A DNA stretch of 64,000 bases from a virus (lineage: Duplodnaviria; Caudoviricetes), in the IMG/VR virus record IMGVR_UViG_3300032292_000698, positions 1 to 64,000 of that record. One strand, 5' to 3'. A program made the translations under genes and the position numbers. A model generated the notes under the pieces. The model ran no database searches. It was not told the DNA's origin and saw only the letters and a list, made by a program, of their open reading frames with translations. Position 1 is the stretch's first letter. The number at the start of each line of letters is the position of its first letter. Positions 17,657-26,172 of the stretch are shown here, in pieces.

Positions 17657-19535
17657 AATTGCGTCTCTTTTTCTTTTCTTCCCACTTTTCGTCCATCAAT
17701 TTCTTGATTGCTTCAAAGTTGCCATATTTTTGTTCAACACGTTCACGTGTTTTGGATTCATTGGCCATATCACGTATGATATTTCCAATCTTTTCCTTTT
17801 GAGTTTCGTTCATTGGTTGTTCTTTTTGTTTTTCTTCCGCAATCTGATCAATTCCGTCAATAATAAAGTTAGAAACCTTACTAATAATCCTTTGATTCTT
17901 AATTACTGTGTCTTTGTCTGCTCTCCACAATGCAAGATATGTCGCACTATGTTTTACTGGCAAATCATAATTTCTTAAAACTGTATAGGCTACTGCTTCT
18001 GCTTGAAGTTCTGCCTGTTCACGGAGGATCAACGACCACCAGCTGGAGCTGGAATTTGACGCTTCTGCTTGAAGTTCTGCCTGTTCACGGGTTAACTTTG
18101 ATGTATATTCATCACCAAAAAATACCGAACTGTCTTTAAAATGAAGCAGTGAATGTGCAATTTCGTGAATCAACGTAGACAAACGATTCAATCCAGAAAC
18201 ATTGCTTGTCAAGTTAATATGGTCACCTCTTGCCCATCCCATTTCTCCACCTTTTGCGTCACTATGAGTAACCTTGATGCCTTTATCTTTACAGAACTCT
18301 AAAACATACTCATAAATTCTGTCAGCAGTTTCACTTGGAGTATTAGGATCGTGCCATTCAGGACTTTGAGGCGTAATACCTTTTTCAGCAGCATTTGTAT
18401 CAGCAATATCAAATACTGGAACTGCTCTAAAATACATTCTGGTTCTATCCGTTACTTCCTTACCTTCGGATCCATCATCATTTGGTTTTAGTTCTTCCTC
18501 TTTTTTAGTAATCGGAGCATAAATCCAAATAGCCTTGGCTCCTTTATTTACAGATACACCCATCTTTTTCCACGCACTAAATCCAGCAACATAGGTTGCT
18601 TTTGGGTTTTGAATGAAAATCAATATGCTGTTATTAAAACTATATTTTCTAAATCTCTTCTTGAAGTTAAGATATTCAGCAACTTTTCCACTTGTTGCCT
18701 CACCTTGTACGGCATCAGCCAATTCTTTGATAAAGTTATCAATCTTGATAGCTAACTCTTGGTTTCTACTGATCTTTGAATCATCTGCAACAAACGAAGG
18801 CAAGTCTTCGATCTTTTGAATCAAATCTTCCAGTGTCGAATTACCACCAGTTGGTTCGATCCACGTATTTTTACGACCGTCCCATTTAAAGCCAGAATTG
18901 ATATTACGAATCACAGAAGTAGCAATACCAAACTTATCTAGTCCAATTGTCCATGCAGTAATAGCAGGATCCCATCTGAATCCGTTGGCTTTCAACGCAT
19001 CCTTGTTACGATATGTTTCATTACCGGCTTCCTTTGGATTCTCAAGTGTTGATACTACAACGATTGAATCATCTTTACGACGAAGGTCTAACTTTTCGTT
19101 TAGATCCTCTTCTTCAAGCAAAAGTGGTTCATATGACTCGTTCATCATATCAGGAGTCATACCCAACATACCTAAATCACGATAGTAACGTGGATTTTCC
19201 TTTAGATTTTGAACAACGGTTTCTTTTGCAACCATTCGATTCTTGTAAATCTGTTTCTTGAGTTCATACTCCATTCCCTGACGAATATCGTCTGGAGTGA
19301 CCTTCATTTTAACTACATCGACATCTTTTTTGTATTGTTCAGGATCGATCTTGGACTTGATATCTTGATCAACCGGAGGAACAATATTGACGTTAGAACT
19401 GTCGGCGGGAAACGATCCGGGGTTCTGAGTCACATCTGGTGATGCATATGTACCAGATTGACCCGAAATTGATGGTTGTCCACCAATTGGAATCTGACTC
19501 ATGTTATATTCTTTGAAGAAGTCTTTGTATGTCAT
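17646..19535 (-). CDS. Modular protein with ArdC-like N-terminal ssDNA-binding domain and zincin (HExxH) metallopeptidase domain
   Basis: FRKYSFNNSILIFIQNPKATYVAGFSAWKKMG.SVNKGAKAIWIYAP...FRAVPVFDIADT; TLIHEIAHSLLH...ELQAEAVAY...HSATYLALW. Carries a 22-aa in-frame insertion. Confidence 0.88.
   Translation of the reverse strand: MTYKDFFKEYNMSQIPIGGQPSISGQSGTYASPDVTQNPGSFPADSSNVNIVPPVDQDIKSKIDPEQYKKDVDVVKMKVTPDDIRQGMEYELKKQIYKNRMVAKETVVQNLKENPRYYRDLGMLGMTPDMMNESYEPLLLEEEDLNEKLDLRRKDDSIVVVSTLENPKEAGNETYRNKDALKANGFRWDPAITAWTIGLDKFGIATSVIRNINSGFKWDGRKNTWIEPTGGNSTLEDLIQKIEDLPSFVADDSKISRNQELAIKIDNFIKELADAVQGEATSGKVAEYLNFKKRFRKYSFNNSILIFIQNPKATYVAGFSAWKKMGVSVNKGAKAIWIYAPITKKEEELKPNDDGSEGKEVTDRTRMYFRAVPVFDIADTNAAEKGITPQSPEWHDPNTPSETADRIYEYVLEFCKDKGIKVTHSDAKGGEMGWARGDHINLTSNVSGLNRLSTLIHEIAHSLLHFKDSSVFFGDEYTSKLTREQAELQAEASNSSSSWWSLILREQAELQAEAVAYTVLRNYDLPVKHSATYLALWRADKDTVIKNQRIISKVSNFIIDGIDQIAEEKQKEQPMNETQKEKIGNIIRDMANESKTRERVEQKYGNFEAIKKLMDEKWEEKKKRRNYGF
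17995..18090. repeat. Perfect 30-bp direct repeat flanking a unique 36-bp insert (CRISPR-unit geometry)
   Basis: GCTTCTGCTTGAAGTTCTGCCTGTTCACGG at 17995-18024 and 18061-18090; insert AGGATCAACGACCACCAGCTGGAGCTGGAATTTGAC at 18025-18060. Confidence 0.97.
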
Positions 19536-19539
19536 AACC

Positions 19540-19547
19540 TATAAATA
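19540..19547 (-). promoter_or_regulatory. TATTTATA motif heading the 13.7-19.5 kb gene block
   Basis: TATTTATA-ggtt-ATG on the minus strand. Confidence 0.6.
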
Positions 19548-19598
19548 TATATGAAAACCACAACTCTTTGGTTTTTTATCGTCCATATATATTAAGAT

Positions 19599-20258
19599 AT
19601 GAATGTAGTTTTGTCTTTATGTGAAAAATCCAGATCACCATATCCAAAGCGTAAATGTTTTGAAAATTTGTGTTCTGTATTCAAAGATCATTCAATTTAT
19701 GTCTTGGGTGATGATTTAGACACTAATCTAATATCGTTTGTAACGTCCTTTAACGTAACACTAGATAATAAAGTACGTGGTAAAGATCAATACATGCGTG
19801 ATAAGTTTGAGTTTTGTATCAACAACTTTTCTCCGGAAGATATTGTATATATGGTTGAAGACGATTATATGCACTATTCTGGCTCTGACGTATTAATACA
19901 AGAAGGATTACAACATGCAGATTATGTTACATTATACGATCATCCTGACAAGTATTCATCGTTTCCACACCCAAATCCAGAGTTAACGGATCTTGGAGAA
20001 AAAACCGTAGTGTTTTTAACAGAACATTCACATTGGAAGTATACAAACTCAACCACCGGTACATTTGCGTTTAAAAAACAAACATTGATTGAAGACTATG
20101 ACATTTGGATGAATCAAGTCGTCAATAATATTTGGTTCTACGATTATCAAGGATTTATTGATGTACGTAAAAACAATAGAAAAGTTGCATCTTGTATACC
20201 CGGACGTAGTTCACATATGTATCCAGAATTGTGTCACAGTCCGTTTTTCAAACCTTAG
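19599..20258 (+). CDS. GT-A glycosyltransferase-like protein
   Basis: VYMVEDDYMH, YVTLYDHPDKY, STTGTFA, IPGRSSH. Confidence 0.7.
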   Translation: MNVVLSLCEKSRSPYPKRKCFENLCSVFKDHSIYVLGDDLDTNLISFVTSFNVTLDNKVRGKDQYMRDKFEFCINNFSPEDIVYMVEDDYMHYSGSDVLIQEGLQHADYVTLYDHPDKYSSFPHPNPELTDLGEKTVVFLTEHSHWKYTNSTTGTFAFKKQTLIEDYDIWMNQVVNNIWFYDYQGFIDVRKNNRKVASCIPGRSSHMYPELCHSPFFKP

Positions 20259-20913
20259 TTAAATCACACAAATACTGCATCTTCACATCATCAACTATGT
20301 AATGATACGTTATTGCTTTTTTAATCAACGGTTCATCGTGGTTATATTTTTCAGGAGTATTGCTATAAAAGTAAACGCAATTTACGATTGGTATCTTTTT
20401 ATGATATGCGTTTAATCCTACATTTACATCACCAAACCGCGGCTTATAATCTATAAACTTACCACTGGTTTTTAAAAGTTGTGTACTTATACAAAACCCA
20501 GATCCTCCACTTGGATAATCGAGGTCACGAGGTATTCCCGGCTTATCAAAAATTGGATTGGTTGAGTGGTTTTGATAGTTAACCAAGTTTCCATAAATAC
20601 AGTTATGATTGAAATAATCAACTTCTTCATACAATCGATTGACATTTACAAACGTATCATCATCGCAAAATAAGATCCAATCGTATGAATCCAAAATTGT
20701 AGAATACGACTCTCGAATAGTATTAATAACGTTTACTTGTTTTTCATCAGTATCAAAATAATCTGAGGAGTCTGAAACTTTTATTACACTATTTTGTTCG
20801 TCTGTATGATCGGAGTAGAACACGGTTCGTATATTTTTTCCCCATGTATTTCTAACACGTTGAATTCTTTCGCCGTATTTTACCGTAGTCATTATAAAAG
20901 AAATGATTTTCAT
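20248..20913 (-). CDS. Fringe/GT31-like glycosyltransferase
   Basis: TWGK, YDWILFCDDDTFVNV, YPSGGSGFCIS, DVNVG, AITYHYI. Confidence 0.82.
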   Translation of the reverse strand: MKIISFIMTTVKYGERIQRVRNTWGKNIRTVFYSDHTDEQNSVIKVSDSSDYFDTDEKQVNVINTIRESYSTILDSYDWILFCDDDTFVNVNRLYEEVDYFNHNCIYGNLVNYQNHSTNPIFDKPGIPRDLDYPSGGSGFCISTQLLKTSGKFIDYKPRFGDVNVGLNAYHKKIPIVNCVYFYSNTPEKYNHDEPLIKKAITYHYIVDDVKMQYLCDLTKV

Positions 20914-21548
20914 AAGAATTTTTTGCTTCTGGGATCGTTTACGATAGCGTCGTAACGATTTGTATTTTTTTGATTGATATATGCATTAGCATAATGTACT
21001 AATAATGATGTATCATAGCCAGTCATACCGTATCTTGATTCAACTAAACTCATTACTGTGGGTTTAAAACATCTATCCATAACAGTAAGATCAGATATGT
21101 GATATCTGATTTGGTCAGTACCAATAAAATCAATTGTAGGATCAAATTTGTATGTCATTATAGTGTTGATGACATCTTTATAAAATGTATTTGGTCCACT
21201 TATTGTGGACCCTCCCATTGAGCCAGTCAAAGACACATGTTCATTTTTGTAATCAATAGGTTCAAATCCATAATTGATGACATCAAAATCGGTAATCCAA
21301 CCAGATTTGTCATACATGGTCAACCATCGCACAAAACATGCAACTTCATAATTTTTATGGTTTACTGTGGGGAATGTCTCACACACATTACAGAATTTAT
21401 CGTATTCCTCGTACTTTTTTGCATCATCCAAAGTTAATACAATAGGATTCCACCCGTAAAATTTCCAACTACGCTTCCAAACATCTAATAACCAAACATT
21501 AGCTTCGTCGTTTTCCTTTAATTGTTGATAGTAGGTGTAAATGTTCAT
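20910..21548 (-). CDS. Glycosyltransferase-like protein
   Basis: WKRSW..YGWNP, CFVRW, ITDFDVINY (DxD), LVHY. Confidence 0.6.
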   Translation of the reverse strand: MNIYTYYQQLKENDEANVWLLDVWKRSWKFYGWNPIVLTLDDAKKYEEYDKFCNVCETFPTVNHKNYEVACFVRWLTMYDKSGWITDFDVINYGFEPIDYKNEHVSLTGSMGGSTISGPNTFYKDVINTIMTYKFDPTIDFIGTDQIRYHISDLTVMDRCFKPTVMSLVESRYGMTGYDTSLLVHYANAYINQKNTNRYDAIVNDPRSKKFL

Positions 21549-24500
21549 TGGTACTTATTCTGATGTATAACTACTTTCATTCCAGAATTTAACATATAAT
21601 CACGTTGTTTTTGAGTATAAAAATACTCACCACATCCAGAATATGACGATGGAAGCCATCCAACATGATCAAATGATTTTTCTTTCAAGTCCTCGACAAT
21701 ACGAATTCCCAACTGAAGATCCCATGGTCCAGTTTGATCCACGTGAGAGGATTTATCAACAATTTTAGAGTTCAATTCCAAGTCAAAATACTTGAGAGTT
21801 TTTTTCACATCATAAAATGTAAGAGCACCATTTGTATACAAACATGGAGGGCCAATATGTTCAACCACCATGTGCAGTTTACATTCTTTTGAGTAATGAT
21901 ATCTATAGTCTAAACTACCCATGTAAATGTTTCCACATGTTTCAAATGGATGTTTAAACACCGGAGTTCCAGTTACTATCGGTTCTTTTTTCCAAGACAA
22001 ATGTTCTTGCCAAAGTGTATCATACCAATAGTCTTTTCCAACTTTACAATCCCACTCATATCCAAAGAAGTAATCCAAATTCATATCTCTGGCTATTTTT
22101 AAACCGTCCATAAACGCCCAGTAAGAGTATTTGTCAGATACAGACCATATACTCTTGGTCATCTTTGGTATTGAAGGTGTGCGTATAAACTTAACCCGAT
22201 ACTTGTTTGGTATTTCTAAATTTGAATCTGAATAAACAATGATATCAGTGTTGTTTTTAGATAAATGAAAATCTCTTAAGTTGTCTAAACACTTTAAGTG
22301 TTTCGATTCTAATACAGGCAAATACAATAGTATTGCACTCTTCAAACTACGTTTAATATACGTATGTTTGAGAGACGAATACAAATTGATAAACCGATTG
22401 TTGGTTGTTAAATCTTCCACGGTTGCACTTGTATTGTGTGCAACACATGATGTACATTTAACTGGTGTAACAAAACAAACGTCGTTTACGTTTTGTGTAA
22501 AATATAGCCAAATGAAAAGGTCGTTTCCAACAACAAATGTTGGCTTGGTATAATAGTTTTTATCAGATCCGTGTGTGGCTTCCCAATTGGTTAAACATTC
22601 GATGAGTTTATGAGTAGGAAACACCCCGTGTATAGGAGAAATGGTAAGAGGGTACTGATCAATCAATTCACGTACAAACTTAACAGATACAATACGTCGA
22701 TCTCCTCCCAATTTAACCGTATTATCACCAATAACTCGGTTAGTCTTGTAATCTACAACATTTCCATCCCAAATACCAAATGCGTAATCATCATTTAGAT
22801 ACTGCAACTCATTGGAGATTGACGGTAACATCAAATCATCATCATGCAATATGACAGACCACTTTGTAGTAACAGCTTTAACGCCTTCCAACCAACATTG
22901 GTTGTTGTTAAGATCTTCTGTAATAATTGTGACACGATGTTTAGAACGTAGTTCTTCTCCCCACTTTACGTAATCTGCATCGTTACCAGATATTACAATC
23001 GACACGTTTTTAATACCGGATTCAACTATTGATTGGTATGCGGTCTTTCCAAAATTAACACGACTACCATGACATGTTAATACTACTGTTACATCATCTA
23101 ATGCATGTAAATTACCCACAACCGAATTGTGTTTATAATACTCGTTTGTATTAACTGTTAATACATCATTCTTAAGAATAACATTCTCTTTACGTTTCAA
23201 ATCCCGAACCATTTCAATCGGTTGAGTGTACAATTGATCATTTTTGTAAAATGAAAACTCCGAGACGGACAACGACAATTTACGTACATCACCTTTAAAT
23301 TCAGATGGTTGATAATAGTCACTGTGTATTTTAATTGCAACAACGTCAGTCAAAGGAACGTTAACACTAATAACGTCATCAACCTCATACACTTTATCAG
23401 ATACCGTTTCATATGTGGGATTTTGTTCTGTCTTTGTTCTTACAACAATGTTTTTCTTAGTAAATTGATTTTTTGATGTAATGACCATTCTATCAAACTT
23501 CTGATCATTTCTTACCATCAAATTTGCCATGGGTCCACACCACTTAAAATAATTGGTGTCATTTTTCTCTACATCATACCAACCACCATCAAAAAAGATC
23601 ACGTTTGAATCCAAAATTACGCTGGGATTGTCATCAGTAACTTTCATTTTGTTGAAGATTCCCAACGAAAATTCAACGGCCTGATCAATATTACCATGCG
23701 CCCATAATTGATTGTTCAAGTCCATTCCAAACTGAAGATCATCTTGAGCCTGAAATAGTTCATAGTTTACAAAATAAATGTTAGAAAAGTTCTTCAGATA
23801 TTCTTTTTGAGCACCATATGATGTAATAACAACAGGTCTCTTGTATTTTGCCGCAATCAATGGTCCCAAACCAATTCCTTCAGATTTGGTCAATGAAAGA
23901 TATATGTCTCCAGATGCATGTATCTTAAAAATTTCATCGCTGGAAAGATGTGACCAAATGTAATAAACTGAAGGACAGTTGGGATATTTACTAACAATTT
24001 CTTGGATACGTGTCTTACATACATTTATATCATTCTCGGAATATCCGTTATAGTATGTCTTGACAATCAAAGATACGTTTTCATTATTTTGAAACGCCTT
24101 ACAAAACGTTTCAATTGTTTCTGTTATACCTTTACGTTGAGTCCATTGTCCAATCGTATAATAGTTGATTGTCTCTGACAAATTGCTTACTTTGCCAAAA
24201 CATAAAGCAGCGTTCTTAACAAACTCTATAGATTCAGATCTTTCTGGCAAAACTGGAATAATAGGATCATATATCAATGTATAAATGTCTTTGGTGACTC
24301 CACATTCGATGAATGTACTTTGATTCCACTCGGAACACACAATTACTGCATCACAGTACTTATTTAACTGATCTACGTATTCTGGTTTAATGTAATTCGA
24401 ATCCCACAATGAAAATGCGTATATTTTCTGTTTGTCTGTCCTGTTTTTGATAAAATCAATACATACACTTTCAATTACAAATGGAGGTAAATTGATGACA

Positions 24501-24808
24501 TAACATGTTGCATCTTTATCATCAAATTGTTGTTGATGAACACTTTTATAAATAACGTCATCTGGATCACGACCGTTGTACGCTAAGTAGTTGACTTTAT
24601 AACCTTTGTTACGAAGGTTAATTATAGTTTCTTTAGTTAGAATTGAATAACCATACGTTCCTGCAACCCCAACGAATATAATTCTATCTTTTTTGGTAAA
24701 TGGCAATAGATTTGAATCAACATCCTCGGTCTCTTTTACGATAGATATTTCTTTTTTTGTTAATCGGTCTACTAATGTTGGCAAAAGACTGAACTGATCT
24801 TTATTCAT
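21545..24808 (-). CDS. Multidomain glycosyltransferase (GT4 + beta-rich linker + GT2-like + further GT-A-like domain)
   Basis: GTYGYS, GQWTQRKG, SEGIGLGPLIA (GT-B); GWYDVE..FKW (accessory domain); ILHDDD (GT-A); YFFGYEWDC. Confidence 0.82.
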   Translation of the reverse strand: MNKDQFSLLPTLVDRLTKKEISIVKETEDVDSNLLPFTKKDRIIFVGVAGTYGYSILTKETIINLRNKGYKVNYLAYNGRDPDDVIYKSVHQQQFDDKDATCYVINLPPFVIESVCIDFIKNRTDKQKIYAFSLWDSNYIKPEYVDQLNKYCDAVIVCSEWNQSTFIECGVTKDIYTLIYDPIIPVLPERSESIEFVKNAALCFGKVSNLSETINYYTIGQWTQRKGITETIETFCKAFQNNENVSLIVKTYYNGYSENDINVCKTRIQEIVSKYPNCPSVYYIWSHLSSDEIFKIHASGDIYLSLTKSEGIGLGPLIAAKYKRPVVITSYGAQKEYLKNFSNIYFVNYELFQAQDDLQFGMDLNNQLWAHGNIDQAVEFSLGIFNKMKVTDDNPSVILDSNVIFFDGGWYDVEKNDTNYFKWCGPMANLMVRNDQKFDRMVITSKNQFTKKNIVVRTKTEQNPTYETVSDKVYEVDDVISVNVPLTDVVAIKIHSDYYQPSEFKGDVRKLSLSVSEFSFYKNDQLYTQPIEMVRDLKRKENVILKNDVLTVNTNEYYKHNSVVGNLHALDDVTVVLTCHGSRVNFGKTAYQSIVESGIKNVSIVISGNDADYVKWGEELRSKHRVTIITEDLNNNQCWLEGVKAVTTKWSVILHDDDLMLPSISNELQYLNDDYAFGIWDGNVVDYKTNRVIGDNTVKLGGDRRIVSVKFVRELIDQYPLTISPIHGVFPTHKLIECLTNWEATHGSDKNYYTKPTFVVGNDLFIWLYFTQNVNDVCFVTPVKCTSCVAHNTSATVEDLTTNNRFINLYSSLKHTYIKRSLKSAILLYLPVLESKHLKCLDNLRDFHLSKNNTDIIVYSDSNLEIPNKYRVKFIRTPSIPKMTKSIWSVSDKYSYWAFMDGLKIARDMNLDYFFGYEWDCKVGKDYWYDTLWQEHLSWKKEPIVTGTPVFKHPFETCGNIYMGSLDYRYHYSKECKLHMVVEHIGPPCLYTNGALTFYDVKKTLKYFDLELNSKIVDKSSHVDQTGPWDLQLGIRIVEDLKEKSFDHVGWLPSSYSGCGEYFYTQKQRDYMLNSGMKVVIHQNKYQ

Positions 24809-25392
24809 ATTCTGAGTTTAATGTCCATTTTACTAGCACTATTTGATAATACAACACCAAACTTATAAATTAATGAACATAGAAGACGTGTGACACTATT
24901 GATATGAGTATAAAAATGTCTGTATAAAAAACTGTCATGAAATTTCTTTAGTTTTTTAAGTCTTTCTATAAATTCTGCATCATCCTTTTTTCGTTGAACA
25001 TTATCATACGCTTCAAACCTGTTTAATGTTATACGTTCAACGTGCCCTGAACTTAAATAAACATTGTAACTGATTGCATAGTCATAATCGGTGTCATCTG
25101 ATTGAATGTAGTCATACATTTCAATACATCTGGTGATGTTTGTAGGCTCAGTCCACTCTTTGACCTTTTCCATACGTCCGAATCTTCCAAAAAAAGATTT
25201 ATCGTTGGAATCACCTTCAATATGTTTCAACTCTGTTTGAACAATCAGTAAATTATTGTTTTCATCAATAATATAATTGTCCAGTGCACAGTCAAAGTCC
25301 TTTGTTTGAAAAGAAGAAGATCCAGAATATCCTTTTGGATCATCTGGCATAGGAAGAGAAACCTTACACAGTATTGTATCAAACATTCCCAT
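24805..25392 (-). CDS. Conserved phage hypothetical protein (MGMFD...FQTKDFDC type)
   Basis: MGMFDTI...FQTKDFDCALDNYII signature. Confidence 0.7.
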   Translation of the reverse strand: MGMFDTILCKVSLPMPDDPKGYSGSSSFQTKDFDCALDNYIIDENNNLLIVQTELKHIEGDSNDKSFFGRFGRMEKVKEWTEPTNITRCIEMYDYIQSDDTDYDYAISYNVYLSSGHVERITLNRFEAYDNVQRKKDDAEFIERLKKLKKFHDSFLYRHFYTHINSVTRLLCSLIYKFGVVLSNSASKMDIKLRI

Positions 25393-25395
25393 AGT

Positions 25396-25590
25396 TTAAC
25401 CCTGTGGATACTTCACTTCATACTGAATTTCTGGATATTTTCCCATGAAAATCCTAAATTGCGGCATTTCGAGTGTCGGATGATAATTGGCTTGAATGAT
25501 AATCTTGTTTGAATTTTCATTTTCATAGTTTGCATACTTGAACCACTCCTTGCTGGCCCAATTATCCCAAACCTCTTTCAGAATTTTCAT
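25396..25590 (-). CDS. Small hypothetical protein, paralog of 25984-26172
   Basis: Shares W-F/Y...IIxANYxP pattern with 25984-26172. Confidence 0.55.
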   Translation of the reverse strand: MKILKEVWDNWASKEWFKYANYENENSNKIIIQANYHPTLEMPQFRIFMGKYPEIQYEVKYPQG

Positions 25591-25591
25591 T

Positions 25592-25966
25592 TTATTTGTC
25601 ATATTGTGTTTTTGTTTCTACCATTGAAGTGTTAAAAAACTTAGTCTGTAGATCGTATTTAGCTTTAAATCTACACAAATTGGTTTCATCAATGCTTTTT
25701 CCAACAGAAATCTCGTTACTTGCGCGTATAATATCCACCAACTGAAAGGTTTTTACATTTTCCATTAACAGTTGGTGGTATTCTTCGGAGTTTAGTATTT
25801 CATGAACACGGTCTATACCGATTTGCTGTACCAATTCAGTATATAAAACGTTGTAACCTTGTTCACTACGTTGTTTTTTATCAGGATCAATACATTGCGT
25901 CATCTTGACTTCAAAGATACTCAAGATATCAAACGCATAACCTTCATCGACACTGATTGTAACCAT
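25592..25966 (-). CDS. Small helical protein (DUF6165-like), often seen near glycosylation genes
   Basis: ISVDEGYAFDILSIFEVK...N..RF..K...ETK. Confidence 0.6.
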   Translation of the reverse strand: MVTISVDEGYAFDILSIFEVKMTQCIDPDKKQRSEQGYNVLYTELVQQIGIDRVHEILNSEEYHQLLMENVKTFQLVDIIRASNEISVGKSIDETNLCRFKAKYDLQTKFFNTSMVETKTQYDK

Positions 25967-25983
25967 ATTTGTCCGTATACATA

Positions 25984-26172
25984 TTATGTACCCAACGGAC
26001 GAATACTTATTTTAATTTTGTTTGACTTAGCAAAGTCATAGACCTTACCGTCCTCAGTATACGGATAGTAATTGGCATAAATAATAAACTCACGTTTGTT
26101 TATGCCGTTTTCTAACCTGTTATACCAAGGACGTTTTCCGTATTTGTCTTCTATAAGCTTAATAAGTTTCAT
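25984..26172 (-). CDS. Small hypothetical protein
   Basis: MKLIKLIED...PWY...FIIYANYYP; ATGA-coupled to the clamp loader gene. Confidence 0.55.
   Translation of the reverse strand: MKLIKLIEDKYGKRPWYNRLENGINKREFIIYANYYPYTEDGKVYDFAKSNKIKISIRPLGT

Noticed and set aside
17995-18090. Calling this a functional CRISPR array
   Set aside because: There are only two copies, the repeated 30-mer is native coding sequence of the gene, and there is no leader or cas1/cas2 in the window. It is reported as a repeat and a finding instead.
6488-19547. T4 late promoters TATAAATA read in their usual orientation
   Set aside because: They would point away from the adjacent genes. The motif is consistently TATTTAT on the coding strand.
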